From a virus: DNA of 57,109 nt. Made by a program: the position numbers and the translations under genes. Positions 42,860-51,196 of this stretch are shown here, one piece after another. Location: positions 1 to 57,109 of the IMG/VR virus record IMGVR_UViG_3300029113_000006; one strand, given 5' to 3'. The notes beneath the pieces are model-generated. The model was given only the letters and a program-made list of their open reading frames with translations. It was not told the DNA's origin and did no database searches. The number at the start of each line of letters is the position of its first letter. The stretch's first letter is position 1.

Positions 42860-44259
42860 TCTTCGCCGAATCTCCTTTTTGTAACGGCAATGGGAAACTC
42901 TTCGATTTCGGAAGCCCATCGTGCCGTACCGTTTCCATAGGTCTTTTGCCAGACAAGTGGGAAGCCGCCTATACCGTCGAACAGGCTTCCTAGCGTGGCA
43001 TTTGTACTTAAATAGGGCTTCATCTTCTGTGCAATCCAGAACCATTGCGGTAGAGCAATGCTGTTTCCGAGTGCCTTGTAACGTGGGCTGTCAGCATACT
43101 TATGCTTCTTGCCTTTGCTGTCCGTCCATTCTCCAATGTCCGTCCATCCGTCCGGGTAGCCTTGTAGCCGTTCGCATTCAACAGGTGTCAGACGGCGAAC
43201 AATCCAACGGATAGCTTTTTCTGCAATCAGACACTCGCTGCCATTGCCGATGTTCCCGGCTTTTGCTTTCAAGGTTGAGCATTTGTCGCTTTCTTTGTAG
43301 TGACTGAAAGACTGTTCATTAAAGGTTTCGCGTTCGATTGCAATGGCCGTGTAGTCTGTGATTCTGTTTTCGTGGTCGCCCGTAATTGTTGGCACTATTT
43401 TGCCATCGCCGTTTCCGCGAGCATCATAAACAACAGGCTGAAACAATGTCTGGTCTTGGAGTGTTGAAAGCGTTGCGCTTTTTTCGGTTTGTACCAGAGC
43501 ACCTTTACCACCACCGGCGCATCCACTACGGATTTTCAGGGTGTAGGCTGCAGGTTCTGTGCATCGAGTCGAAGTCTCTCGATGGTCTGACTCCAATACT
43601 CGTCCAATTCCTTCTCTTCCAGACCTTCTTGTTCCTTCACTTTCTGCACCACCTGTGACAGAGTTCCTGGATTCCACCATTCGATCATATCCAGCAACGC
43701 TTGCTTCAGGAGTTCGGGCAAAGGTTTTCCACGCCGGGATGCTCTCACAAGAATTCCCTGACATGCTCGTGCGCTCAAATAGAATTTCTGAGGCACGTTG
43801 TCCTCCAAAATCTGCGACAAGAGCGATTCTTTTACGGCGTTGGGGGACTCCCCAATATTGAGCGTCAAGCTGTCTCCATGCCAAAGACCATCCGTTTCCG
43901 GCGATTGCTCCGGATTTGCTCCATCTGCCCCCCCTACCCGAAGGTCGAGGAATTGAAGCATCTGGTTGTTCCACGCTGGCAAGTTCTTCCAGCACGGCTC
44001 TGAAATCTTCTCCTCCGTTGGAACTGAATGCTCCGGGCACGTTTTCCCAAACAGCGAAAGTTGGATACATTCCATTGGTGGCTGTCCTCATTTCCTTAAT
44101 GATTCTTGCGGCATCCAAAAACAGCACGGAACGGTTGTCGTCAAATCCAAGCCTTTTCCCCGCCATAGACAAGCCCTGGCAAGGACTGCCGAACGTAATG
44201 CAATCCACCGGCTCTATCTTGTCGCCGTGAATCTTTGTGATGTCGCCCAAGTGTTTCAT
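42856..44259 (-). CDS. DNA (cytosine-5)-methyltransferase, circularly permuted (motifs IV-X followed by I-II)
   Basis: GSPCQ (aa 24-28), ENV (72-74), QRR (140-142), RLTPVECERLQGYPDGW (356-372), GNS (398-400), then LFDGIGGF (426-433) and ASEIE (449-453) at the C-terminus. Confidence 0.85.
   Translation of the reverse strand: MKHLGDITKIHGDKIEPVDCITFGSPCQGLSMAGKRLGFDDNRSVLFLDAARIIKEMRTATNGMYPTFAVWENVPGAFSSNGGEDFRAVLEELASVEQPDASIPRPSGRGGRWSKSGAIAGNGWSLAWRQLDAQYWGVPQRRKRIALVADFGGQRASEILFERTSMSGNSCESIPAWKTFARTPEASVAGYDRMVESRNSVTGGAESEGTRRSGREGIGRVLESDHRETSTRCTEPAAYTLKIRSGCAGGGKGALVQTEKSATLSTLQDQTLFQPVVYDARGNGDGKIVPTITGDHENRITDYTAIAIERETFNEQSFSHYKESDKCSTLKAKAGNIGNGSECLIAEKAIRWIVRRLTPVECERLQGYPDGWTDIGEWTDSKGKKHKYADSPRYKALGNSIALPQWFWIAQKMKPYLSTNATLGSLFDGIGGFPLVWQKTYGNGTARWASEIEEFPIAVTKRRFGEE
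43536..44075 (-). other. 179-codon ORF in the +1 frame, wholly inside the methyltransferase gene (possible overlapping gene)
   Basis: Longest same-strand alternate-frame ORF in the window; the C-terminal half is protein-like (LSQILEDNVPQKFYLSARACQGILVRASRRGKPLPELLKQAL...). Confidence 0.3.
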
Positions 44260-44312
44260 CTTTCCAAACGCCCGTCCAGCCAGATAGCGCAGCTCTTATA
44301 TAAGGTAGGCGA

Positions 44313-44561
44313 TCAGTCCGTTTTGTCTTTGCAAGCTTGTTTACAGGCTTCGCATTTATGAAACGGCTTATCAAGCCAGCACTCAAACAAAAGACATTTA
44401 GGAAGGTCAAATTCCATAGGAGCCTTTCTTCCGTGTGTTCTGTTTCTTCGGACGTGATAATGGCAAGCCATTACATATCCATCAACATCCTCTCCGTATG
44501 CACAACTTGTTGCATCAGGTGAAACCATGTGCTTAACATTGATTTCGATTTCTTTTCTCAT
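44313..44561 (-). CDS. Cys-rich 82-aa protein
   Basis: ORF track. Confidence 0.45.
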   Translation of the reverse strand: MRKEIEINVKHMVSPDATSCAYGEDVDGYVMACHYHVRRNRTHGRKAPMEFDLPKCLLFECWLDKPFHKCEACKQACKDKTD

Positions 44562-44599
44562 CTTATCACTCTTTCTGAAATTTACGTTGATGCGTTATT

Positions 44600-45160
44600 T
44601 TAAAATGGCAAATCTTCACTGTCCTGAATTACGGCAAAGTCGCCGGTATCAGGCGAAGAACCAGACCCACCAGCCAGCGTTTTCTTCGGTCTGACCTCAT
44701 AGTCACCGGAACGAATCTTGTCAACACTGGTGAAACGGTCAACGACAAGCTTCGTCTTGATGTTCCCATCGTTACCCATGTATTCTTCCTCACGGAGAAC
44801 CACACCGACCAGCTTGCCACGCAGGGTCTTTTCATCGTTATTGAACTTATAACCGGGATTGGACTGCTCCACAGCGGTGATAAAGCCCTTGAAGAACGGC
44901 AGTGCCTTTTCCTTATAGCTCTTGATGGTCTTGCCGCCCCATGCCCACTCGCCCGGATTCAGCTTGCCACGCTCGATAAGGGAAGCGGTCTGCTCGCGCC
45001 AGTATCCCTTGAACTCGCCCTCTGCGACTTCCCACTCGATGTTCAGACGCTCCTTTGCGGATTCGTCCGTTGCCTTGCAGATACCGGCAACATAGCCGCC
45101 AACAGGCAAGTCACGGCGCTCGGTAGCTTCCTGTACGTCATTCCAGTTGATGTTCTTCAT
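44600..45160 (-). CDS. DUF669-like protein (partner of Sak4-type recombinases)
   Basis: Position next to the ATPase; MKNINWNDVQEA...GGYVAGI... Confidence 0.55.
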   Translation of the reverse strand: MKNINWNDVQEATERRDLPVGGYVAGICKATDESAKERLNIEWEVAEGEFKGYWREQTASLIERGKLNPGEWAWGGKTIKSYKEKALPFFKGFITAVEQSNPGYKFNNDEKTLRGKLVGVVLREEEYMGNDGNIKTKLVVDRFTSVDKIRSGDYEVRPKKTLAGGSGSSPDTGDFAVIQDSEDLPF

Positions 45161-45163
45161 CTG

Positions 45164-45796
45164 TTACTCTCCTTTGTTATCCGGCTGAACCGGGATGTTG
45201 TAATACTCACGGATGGTCTTGTCTACGACTGCGAGGTCGTTCTCGATCAGCGCATCGTTGAACATCCCCAAAGGGGTTTTCACGGTGTCCATCCCATCAT
45301 TGCGAGTGCTGAACAGGTATCGCCCATCCTGCACAACAGTTTTCAGAACGATGGTGAAGTACCCTTCCACGCAGACCTTTTCGTCCAACATTTTTCCGAC
45401 AGTTTTGAATTTGTCTCCACCATTTTCTCCGCATTCGCTGTGCCCGAAAAAGTAGACCACCACATCGTCCGGCAGCTCCTTCGCCCGCATCAGCAGGGCG
45501 TTGAAGTTGGCTGCCATGTCGGTGAACTTCTGGTATCCGGCGACCTTTGCGTTCCGCATGAACTCGCCGGTCATAAGGTAGGTGGCATCATCAATGACGA
45601 TGGACTTACGCTTGGTGCTGTGGATTGCGACATCAATCTTGCCGTAATCATTGGTAATGTACGTTTTCATGCTGCTTCGGAACGGCAGCGGCTTGCCAAG
45701 CACGTTGATAACCGCTACCTGTTCCGGGTCAAAGTTCCGAAGCGAAGCGGATTTTCCGCTGCCGGAATGACCATAGACCATTACTAATACTGCCAT
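45164..45796 (-). CDS. AAA/RecA-like ATPase (Sak4-like recombination protein)
   Basis: VMVYGHSGSGKS Walker A; about 210 aa. Confidence 0.7.
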   Translation of the reverse strand: MAVLVMVYGHSGSGKSASLRNFDPEQVAVINVLGKPLPFRSSMKTYITNDYGKIDVAIHSTKRKSIVIDDATYLMTGEFMRNAKVAGYQKFTDMAANFNALLMRAKELPDDVVVYFFGHSECGENGGDKFKTVGKMLDEKVCVEGYFTIVLKTVVQDGRYLFSTRNDGMDTVKTPLGMFNDALIENDLAVVDKTIREYYNIPVQPDNKGE

Positions 45797-45865
45797 TTTT
45801 CTTTCCTTTCTTCGGCTTTATTAGGCTTCATTGTTCTTACTTTGGCTTAATACGGCTGTACAAAA

Positions 45866-46060
45866 TCAACCAGCCATCAGTTCTGCCAACTGTGCACGGA
45901 GGTCTTTCAGCTCCGCTTCTCTGTCCTCAATCTCAGACTGCAAGTCCTCAATCGCTGCCAGCCGGTCAGCTTTTTTGGCTTCTGTCATCTGCTCGTTGGT
46001 CATAAAGTACACGCCGTCCTCCGGCTCTGTCACGCCACCGAATCTGTCAAGGTTAATCAT
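45866..46060 (-). CDS. 64-aa coiled-coil protein
   Basis: Start ATG 46060 after GAGGGAG. Confidence 0.4.
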   Translation of the reverse strand: MINLDRFGGVTEPEDGVYFMTNEQMTEAKKADRLAAIEDLQSEIEDREAELKDLRAQLAELMAG

Positions 46061-46247
46061 CTTTTGGTCTCCCTCTCTTGCGCTCCTCTTTGATTTGCAG
46101 TGCGCTGTACCACTGGTCTTTGTCAATCTCGATGGTAGACCACCGATGGTTACAGACAAGACACTTTTTTCTGCGAACGATACTGTCGTGGTCAGACCGG
46201 CTGTCAACCGTTGTAATGTTGTCACTACCGCACATCGGGCACTTCAT
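46053..46247 (-). CDS. NrdR-like zinc-ribbon protein lacking an ATP-cone
   Basis: MKCPMCGSDNITTVDSRSDHDSIVRRKKCLVCNHRWSTIE. Confidence 0.5.
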   Translation of the reverse strand: MKCPMCGSDNITTVDSRSDHDSIVRRKKCLVCNHRWSTIEIDKDQWYSALQIKEERKRGRPKDD

Positions 46248-46507
46248 CAAGCATCCCTCCACTCGTTCGTGTGGTTGGCAACACGCTTGATTTTCCGGGG
46301 CTCGCGTTCACTGCGTTCTTCCTCTTCGGCGCTAACAGCCAGCGCACACAGAACGATAGCCGTTGCCAGCAGACCGCAAGATACAATCACCCAGCCGAAC
46401 ATCTGCGCGGTGGTCTGACAGCCCTGAATCGTGTCACCGCACCCGACTGCTGCAATTGCCACGACAAGACCGATCATGGACAATGCTGTTCCTTTCAAAG
46501 TTTTCAT
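46247..46507 (-). CDS. Membrane protein
   Basis: Two hydrophobic segments. Confidence 0.45.
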   Translation of the reverse strand: MKTLKGTALSMIGLVVAIAAVGCGDTIQGCQTTAQMFGWVIVSCGLLATAIVLCALAVSAEEEERSEREPRKIKRVANHTNEWRDA

Positions 46508-46704
46508 TGGTTCTCCTTTTTGCTGCCAAAATTAAAAATCCATCCGGTTGCCATTACAGCGGCTGCCACAATGATTCCCCATGTACCTTTTGCTCCGACC
46601 AGTAGCTCAACAAGATGTACCAGCCACAGGTTCAAAAGGAACGCTGCAAGAATCAACGCCAGAACGATGCCCCAGATCAGGGCGATTTCCACGAAAATTT
46701 TCAT
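46504..46704 (-). CDS. Membrane protein
   Basis: Two hydrophobic segments. Confidence 0.45.
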   Translation of the reverse strand: MKIFVEIALIWGIVLALILAAFLLNLWLVHLVELLVGAKGTWGIIVAAAVMATGWIFNFGSKKENQ

Positions 46705-46781
46705 CTTTATCCTTTCTTCGAATGCGTTCCAGCCGTTCTTTCTCCCGGCTGTGCCATCTGATTTCTCGTTTGCCGTAGTAC

Positions 46782-47054
46782 TTACCGTTCATAGGTCAGC
46801 TCTCCTGACGCAAGCATCCGTGATACTTCGCCGTAGTGTTTGCCGAGCTTGTCAGCAAGCGCTTGAACTTCTCCGATAGACGGAAACGTCTTTTCTAGCT
46901 TCTTTTTTCCTTTCTGTTTGATTTTGCGCGCTGCCTTCTTGCGCTCCCTGTTACGCTCTTTGTCAACCTTGCGCTTGCATTCTGAACAGTACTTTCTTGT
47001 CGGTCTGACAACGCCAAGATACAGACCGCAGCGCTCACAGTACTTTTCTTCCAT
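46782..47054 (-). CDS. Zinc-ribbon / basic protein
   Basis: CERCG...CSECK. Confidence 0.5.
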   Translation of the reverse strand: MEEKYCERCGLYLGVVRPTRKYCSECKRKVDKERNRERKKAARKIKQKGKKKLEKTFPSIGEVQALADKLGKHYGEVSRMLASGELTYER

Positions 47055-47216
47055 GCTGCATCTCCTCTTTCAGTCTGGTTTCCCGATTGTGGCGTTCAAA
47101 GCACTGGTTGATAGATTTCTCCATCCACAGCACCTTGTTGGCATCGTTTCGTGACACGCCAGCTGCCATCGCCAGCTTCAGTCTGCGCTTGCGGCTTTGC
47201 GCCCTGCGAAAATTCG

Positions 47217-47609
47217 TCACCAGCACTCACCAGCCTTTTTGATGATGAACGCAGGCACGTCTTCGCCGGTAGTCCGGCACAGGCAGACACACTTGGCAAC
47301 CCAAGTATCAAAAGAAGCAGAAGGGATGCAGCACGTTGCATTTCTCTTAAAGCTTTCATTATCCGGTTTACTAAGCCAAACAGAAAGCGCCTTGTAGTCA
47401 TACGCTTCCGTGACTCTGCACCATTCGATGCTATACCCATCCAAACACAGTCGGTTCATAATACGCATTGCCGTAAGCTTTGCGCTGGCGAGTTCCGCTG
47501 CTGTCCACTTGAGTTTGTCCGCTTCGTAGGCCTTGACCGCCTCGTCAATGGCAAACTTCGCATCGTCCGGGCGCTCTAGGTCTACCTTTAAGGTGATAAT
47601 CTGTTCCAT
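47217..47609 (-). CDS. Hypothetical 130-aa protein
   Basis: ORF track. Confidence 0.5.
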   Translation of the reverse strand: MEQIITLKVDLERPDDAKFAIDEAVKAYEADKLKWTAAELASAKLTAMRIMNRLCLDGYSIEWCRVTEAYDYKALSVWLSKPDNESFKRNATCCIPSASFDTWVAKCVCLCRTTGEDVPAFIIKKAGECW

Positions 47610-47611
47610 GT

Positions 47612-48361
47612 TCAGTCCTCCGCTTTCTGGATTTTCTTTGCTTTCAAGAAGAGGTTTACGAAGTAGACTTGGCCGCGACCGGAAATCTTAGGAGTGCGGT
47701 TAATGGAAATGTGGTCGCTGTGTTGAATCGTGGTCTCTTTGATTTCAAACAGCCCCATCTCCATACTACGCTGCGTAGGCAAGTTGTAGTCGCTTCGTTT
47801 CGGGTCTTTAATGAGGTAGCCGTTCTTTCGCATCCAGTCGAACAAACGGTTCTGTCCGATGTTAATGCCATTTTGCGAAAGCAGCTTTGCAAGCTCACCA
47901 ACGAGAATGGATTTTTTGCTTGCTGAAACTGCGTCAGCGAAAAGCGCTTTCGGCTTCATGGTTTCAATCTGCTTGTCCTTCTCTTCCAGCTCTTCGTGCG
48001 CTGCGATCAGCGCAGTTGCAAGGAGATGCGAGCGGGTGAGCTGCGGCTGTTCTGTCAGTTTCTTTTCCATTTCGTTGAACGCTGCAATGTACTTGAGCTT
48101 CCACTCAAGAGCAGCCTTGCCGGTAAAGCCCATAGCCAGCAGGGTGAAACCGTCACGGTTCATCAGGTAAGCCCTCTGTTCCCTGCCGTAGCTGTCCGGC
48201 GCTGTGGTTTCAAAGAACATCTCCCCAAAATTGGGGACATCTTTTTTGATTGCATCGATGTCACGCATCACATGATCGTGACGCTTTTCAAAGTTCTCGG
48301 CAATCTGGCGGCTGGATGCTACCGGTTCGCCGCTTTGCATAGATAAGACAATGTCGCTCAT
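47612..48361 (-). CDS. Rha-family regulator fused to a KilAC-type antirepressor domain
   Basis: SSRQIAENFEKRHDHVMRDID... (Rha) and a C-terminal KilAC-like region. Confidence 0.7.
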   Translation of the reverse strand: MSDIVLSMQSGEPVASSRQIAENFEKRHDHVMRDIDAIKKDVPNFGEMFFETTAPDSYGREQRAYLMNRDGFTLLAMGFTGKAALEWKLKYIAAFNEMEKKLTEQPQLTRSHLLATALIAAHEELEEKDKQIETMKPKALFADAVSASKKSILVGELAKLLSQNGINIGQNRLFDWMRKNGYLIKDPKRSDYNLPTQRSMEMGLFEIKETTIQHSDHISINRTPKISGRGQVYFVNLFLKAKKIQKAED

Positions 48362-48555
48362 TTTCCCTCTCTTTCATTCAACAGCTCTTCCAGAGCTTCT
48401 CTCACCTTAGCTTCCGCATTTTTAGGCTCACGCTTACCGTTCAGGATTTTTCCCAAGTATTCCGGTGCGCATCCCATTTTTGCAGCAAGCTCTCTGATTT
48501 CGATGTTGTTAACGTGAAGCGTTCCCACAACATCGCCTGTCCACTTAGGAAGCAA
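48358..48555 (-). CDS. Cro-like HTH regulator, first gene of the early operon
   Basis: TTG start after AAAGGAG; divergent from the CI-like gene. Confidence 0.6.
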   Translation of the reverse strand: MLPKWTGDVVGTLHVNNIEIRELAAKMGCAPEYLGKILNGKREPKNAEAKVREALEELLNEREGK

Positions 48556-48572
48556 ATTTTTTCTCCTTTCTT

Positions 48573-48750
48573 GTTCTAGTACTTGAACTTTTTGAAAGAA
48601 TATGATAATATTATGGTGTCAAGCAAAAACATTATCGAACGTTCTTCTATTTGTTCAAAGCCTTTAATTTGTTCTACCGATTGAACTCGGTATCTTTATT
48701 AAAGCACAAGTGGTAGAACTTTTCAAGTGTTTTTGTTCAAGTGGTAGAAC
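48573..48750. promoter_or_regulatory. Genetic-switch region with four 16-bp operators GTTCTAnnnnTTGAAC
   Basis: 48573-88 GTTCTAGTACTTGAAC; 48671-86 GTTCTACCGATTGAAC; 48704-19 and 48735-50 inverted (..CAAGTGGTAGAAC); plus-strand promoter TTGAAC-17-TAATAT at 48583-48611. Confidence 0.6.
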
Positions 48751-48785
48751 TTTGTCATCTTGTACAAGCACTGGGGGTAAGTTTT

Positions 48786-49121
48786 GTGTTTTTTGACAAT
48801 TTCGTAAAACTATGCGAAGAAAAGGGAGTAAAGCCGTCTCGTGCTTTAACCGATGCAGGCGTTCCAAGATCTGCTTATAGCTATTGGAGAAGGGAAGCTG
48901 GCATCGGGAACGATGCAAAGCCGACAAACCAAAACGCCGTAAAGCTTGCTCAGTACTTTGACGTTACTGTGGATTACCTTCTCACTGGCGACCGAAAAGA
49001 AAACCCGCCTCAGCAGCCGCAAAGTGAAGTCGATGCAGCAGTGGAGCGGATTAGAAGAAAACTTGAATCTATGCCGACAGCGCAGCGTGAAGCGCTGATG
49101 AACCTGATCGAGAAGATGTGA
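48786..49121 (+). CDS. CI-like XRE-family repressor
   Basis: GTG 48786 is preferred because operator 4 covers the ORF-track start; ...SYWRREAG...AVKLAQYFDVTVDYLLTG. Confidence 0.65.
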   Translation: MFFDNFVKLCEEKGVKPSRALTDAGVPRSAYSYWRREAGIGNDAKPTNQNAVKLAQYFDVTVDYLLTGDRKENPPQQPQSEVDAAVERIRRKLESMPTAQREALMNLIEKM

Positions 49122-49274
49122 GGTAAGATTTTGTATTACTTGTTGTGCGGCTGTGCCTTTTGCTTTTGGTTCATGCAGGCCTTGTTAAAAGGCAATGACC
49201 GTGTACTATATGGAAACGGCAGAAAATATCGTTACCGTAAAAGAAAGAATCACTGGTTTTAAGCGAGGTGGAAG

Positions 49275-49748
49275 ATGAAAAAACACAGCAAAGAAGAGCT
49301 TCTTAACGATAAGAGCAGCCGCATGGGTGCAAGGTTTATGTACTCATTCGGAATGGCTTTCATTGTGTTTTCCTTTCTTCTCCTGATGTATTCAACCACT
49401 GCCTTTATCATTTGTATGGCGGTTGGTCTGTTTTTGTTCTTTAAGGGAAAAAAGGAATACAATCTTTTTCTGGAGAAAAATAAGCTAAAGCAGAAAATGC
49501 ACAAAACGCCTGTAAAAGCAAAGATTGTCGCTTCTGGGGTTAGTAAGAAAGCAGGAAGCGCTGCTGTTCGTACAGCGGTCGGCGGTGCTGTTGGTGGGCT
49601 TCCCGGAGCCATTTATGGCTCTGCTACTGCAAAATCTAAAGCCGACGTGACGTTCTATGTTACCTACGAGGACGGGCACAAGGCATCCGAAACCGTAAGC
49701 GTAAATTCTTCTAGGTTCAATGAGCTAATGAAAGTCTGTGAAGATTAA
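49275..49748 (+). CDS. Membrane protein co-transcribed with the repressor (exclusion candidate)
   Basis: Two TM helices; Gly/Ala-rich segment. Confidence 0.55.
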   Translation: MKKHSKEELLNDKSSRMGARFMYSFGMAFIVFSFLLLMYSTTAFIICMAVGLFLFFKGKKEYNLFLEKNKLKQKMHKTPVKAKIVASGVSKKAGSAAVRTAVGGAVGGLPGAIYGSATAKSKADVTFYVTYEDGHKASETVSVNSSRFNELMKVCED

Positions 49749-49762
49749 CCCGGTAAAATAAA

Positions 49763-49806
49763 AACCCCTTGTGCCGGGCTGGTGTAGCTCTGGGCAAGGG
49801 GTTTTC
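49763..49806. terminator. Bidirectional terminator
   Basis: AACCCCTTG...CAAGGGGTTTT. Confidence 0.7.
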
Positions 49807-49808
49807 TG

Positions 49809-49910
49809 TTATTCCAGGTCTAAGACTTGCTCCGCTACCGGAATCTTTTCAGGATGTTCTAGTAGCCATGCGATAAACCTGTCAATCTTAGCTCTTTCTT
49901 GTTCGCTCAT
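49809..49910 (-). CDS. 33-aa protein (below ORF-track cutoff)
   Basis: GGGAGGA RBS; MSEQERAKIDRFIAWLLEHPEKIPVAEQVLDLE; own promoter. Confidence 0.4.
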   Translation of the reverse strand: MSEQERAKIDRFIAWLLEHPEKIPVAEQVLDLE

Positions 49911-49957
49911 TGTAGCATATCCTCCCGATCAGTAAATACGAATGTTCATTTGATACG

Positions 49958-49985
49958 ATTATACATCTTCCAGTTGTACAGTCAA
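49958..49985 (-). promoter_or_regulatory. Promoter TTGACT-16-TATAAT
   Basis: Reverse complement of 49958..49985. Confidence 0.5.
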
Positions 49986-50101
49986 TACAATTTGAACAAC
50001 TTCGCAAAAATCGAACGTTTTCTTTGCATCCGTTACTTTGCATCGGGAAAGCCACGAGCGTTCAAGTCAAAAGGGACAACGCCTATCCATCTTTCCTCCA
50101 A

Positions 50102-50308
50102 TCACAGCTCTACGAGCTGCCCGTCAATGCGTTCGATGTTATCTGCCGGGTCGCGCCCATCGTCTAAAGCGGCTACGGCACGTTCTAGGATGCCTTTCAC
50201 TTCGAGGTAAGCATCTTTATCAGCTTCGTACCTAGAAAGGCTCAGGACAAGCTCCAGCGTCCGTCTACGAGCGTATGGAATAATCAGAGCATCTACGGTT
50301 CGGTTCAT
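50102..50308 (-). CDS. Hypothetical 68-aa protein
   Basis: ATG 50308 after GGAGG. Confidence 0.45.
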   Translation of the reverse strand: MNRTVDALIIPYARRRTLELVLSLSRYEADKDAYLEVKGILERAVAALDDGRDPADNIERIDGQLVEL

Positions 50309-50418
50309 TAGCTTTCCTCCCATGGTTCAGGTGTGTGTGGCTGCCCATCGGTAACGCTGGCAGGCATTCCATCGATGATTGGCATACGTTCATGGTTCCA
50401 GATTACAGTTTCTTTCAT
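50308..50418 (-). CDS. 36-aa protein
   Basis: MKETVIWNHERMPIIDG...; the stop overlaps the next start. Confidence 0.3.
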   Translation of the reverse strand: MKETVIWNHERMPIIDGMPASVTDGQPHTPEPWEES

Positions 50419-50560
50419 TTTGTGTTTCCTTTCTATTTGGAATTTTTTGACAATACAGTTATAACACAAGCTGCTGTTGGTTCTCCATAGCAGCTTTTTC
50501 CATTTTTTGGCTTGTCGAATCCGGCAGTTTTGCAGAATTTTGTTGAAAGGGCGTGAATTT

Positions 50561-51154
50561 ATGGATGAATATTTGGTAAGAACGGCCAAAGCATTAGAGA
50601 TGGCACGGATGCGTTCCGGCTTGAGCCAGCAGAAGTTGGCGGCAAAGATGGGTGTAAATCGTGGCACGATAGCAAATTGGGAGCAAGGTCTGGCAGCCAT
50701 CTCCCTGCCGATGGCTATGCGCTGGTTCACCTGCTGCGGCGTATCAGTGGCTCGATACATGGACGCTTGCGTTCATCCGGGACTACTTGAGCACCTTGAG
50801 GATGACCTTTCCGATTTGGAGAAACGGAAAATTCTCATAGATGCTATGATGGAGTGCTCCTCCTATGAGATAGATGCCTTACTGTACATCCGGTACGGTG
50901 ATCACGGTTCAGACCACATCGGTGTGTTGACGGAGATTCTGGCAAATCTTCACACGCCGTTGAAGGACAGGGTCGCTGTCTGCCGGATGGTGTCTGGTAG
51001 CTATGAGATGGCACAGGCTACCGGAACAGACCCAGACCCGAACGGAACCGCCCCAAAGATGGAAATTCTCTATCAGGCGCAGGATGCTGGAACGGAAGCT
51101 GCTATGAAGTCCAACGATTCCTATACTGTGAATCCAAATAATATAAGCGGCTGA
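50561..51154 (+). CDS. XRE-family HTH regulator with C-terminal domain, upstream of the plasmid-type origin
   Basis: SGLSQQKLAAKMGVNRGTIANWEQG. Confidence 0.65.
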   Translation: MDEYLVRTAKALEMARMRSGLSQQKLAAKMGVNRGTIANWEQGLAAISLPMAMRWFTCCGVSVARYMDACVHPGLLEHLEDDLSDLEKRKILIDAMMECSSYEIDALLYIRYGDHGSDHIGVLTEILANLHTPLKDRVAVCRMVSGSYEMAQATGTDPDPNGTAPKMEILYQAQDAGTEAAMKSNDSYTVNPNNISG

Positions 51155-51196
51155 TTGTCGAATTATCGAAGTTTTTGAGGTATACAGGGGGACGCG

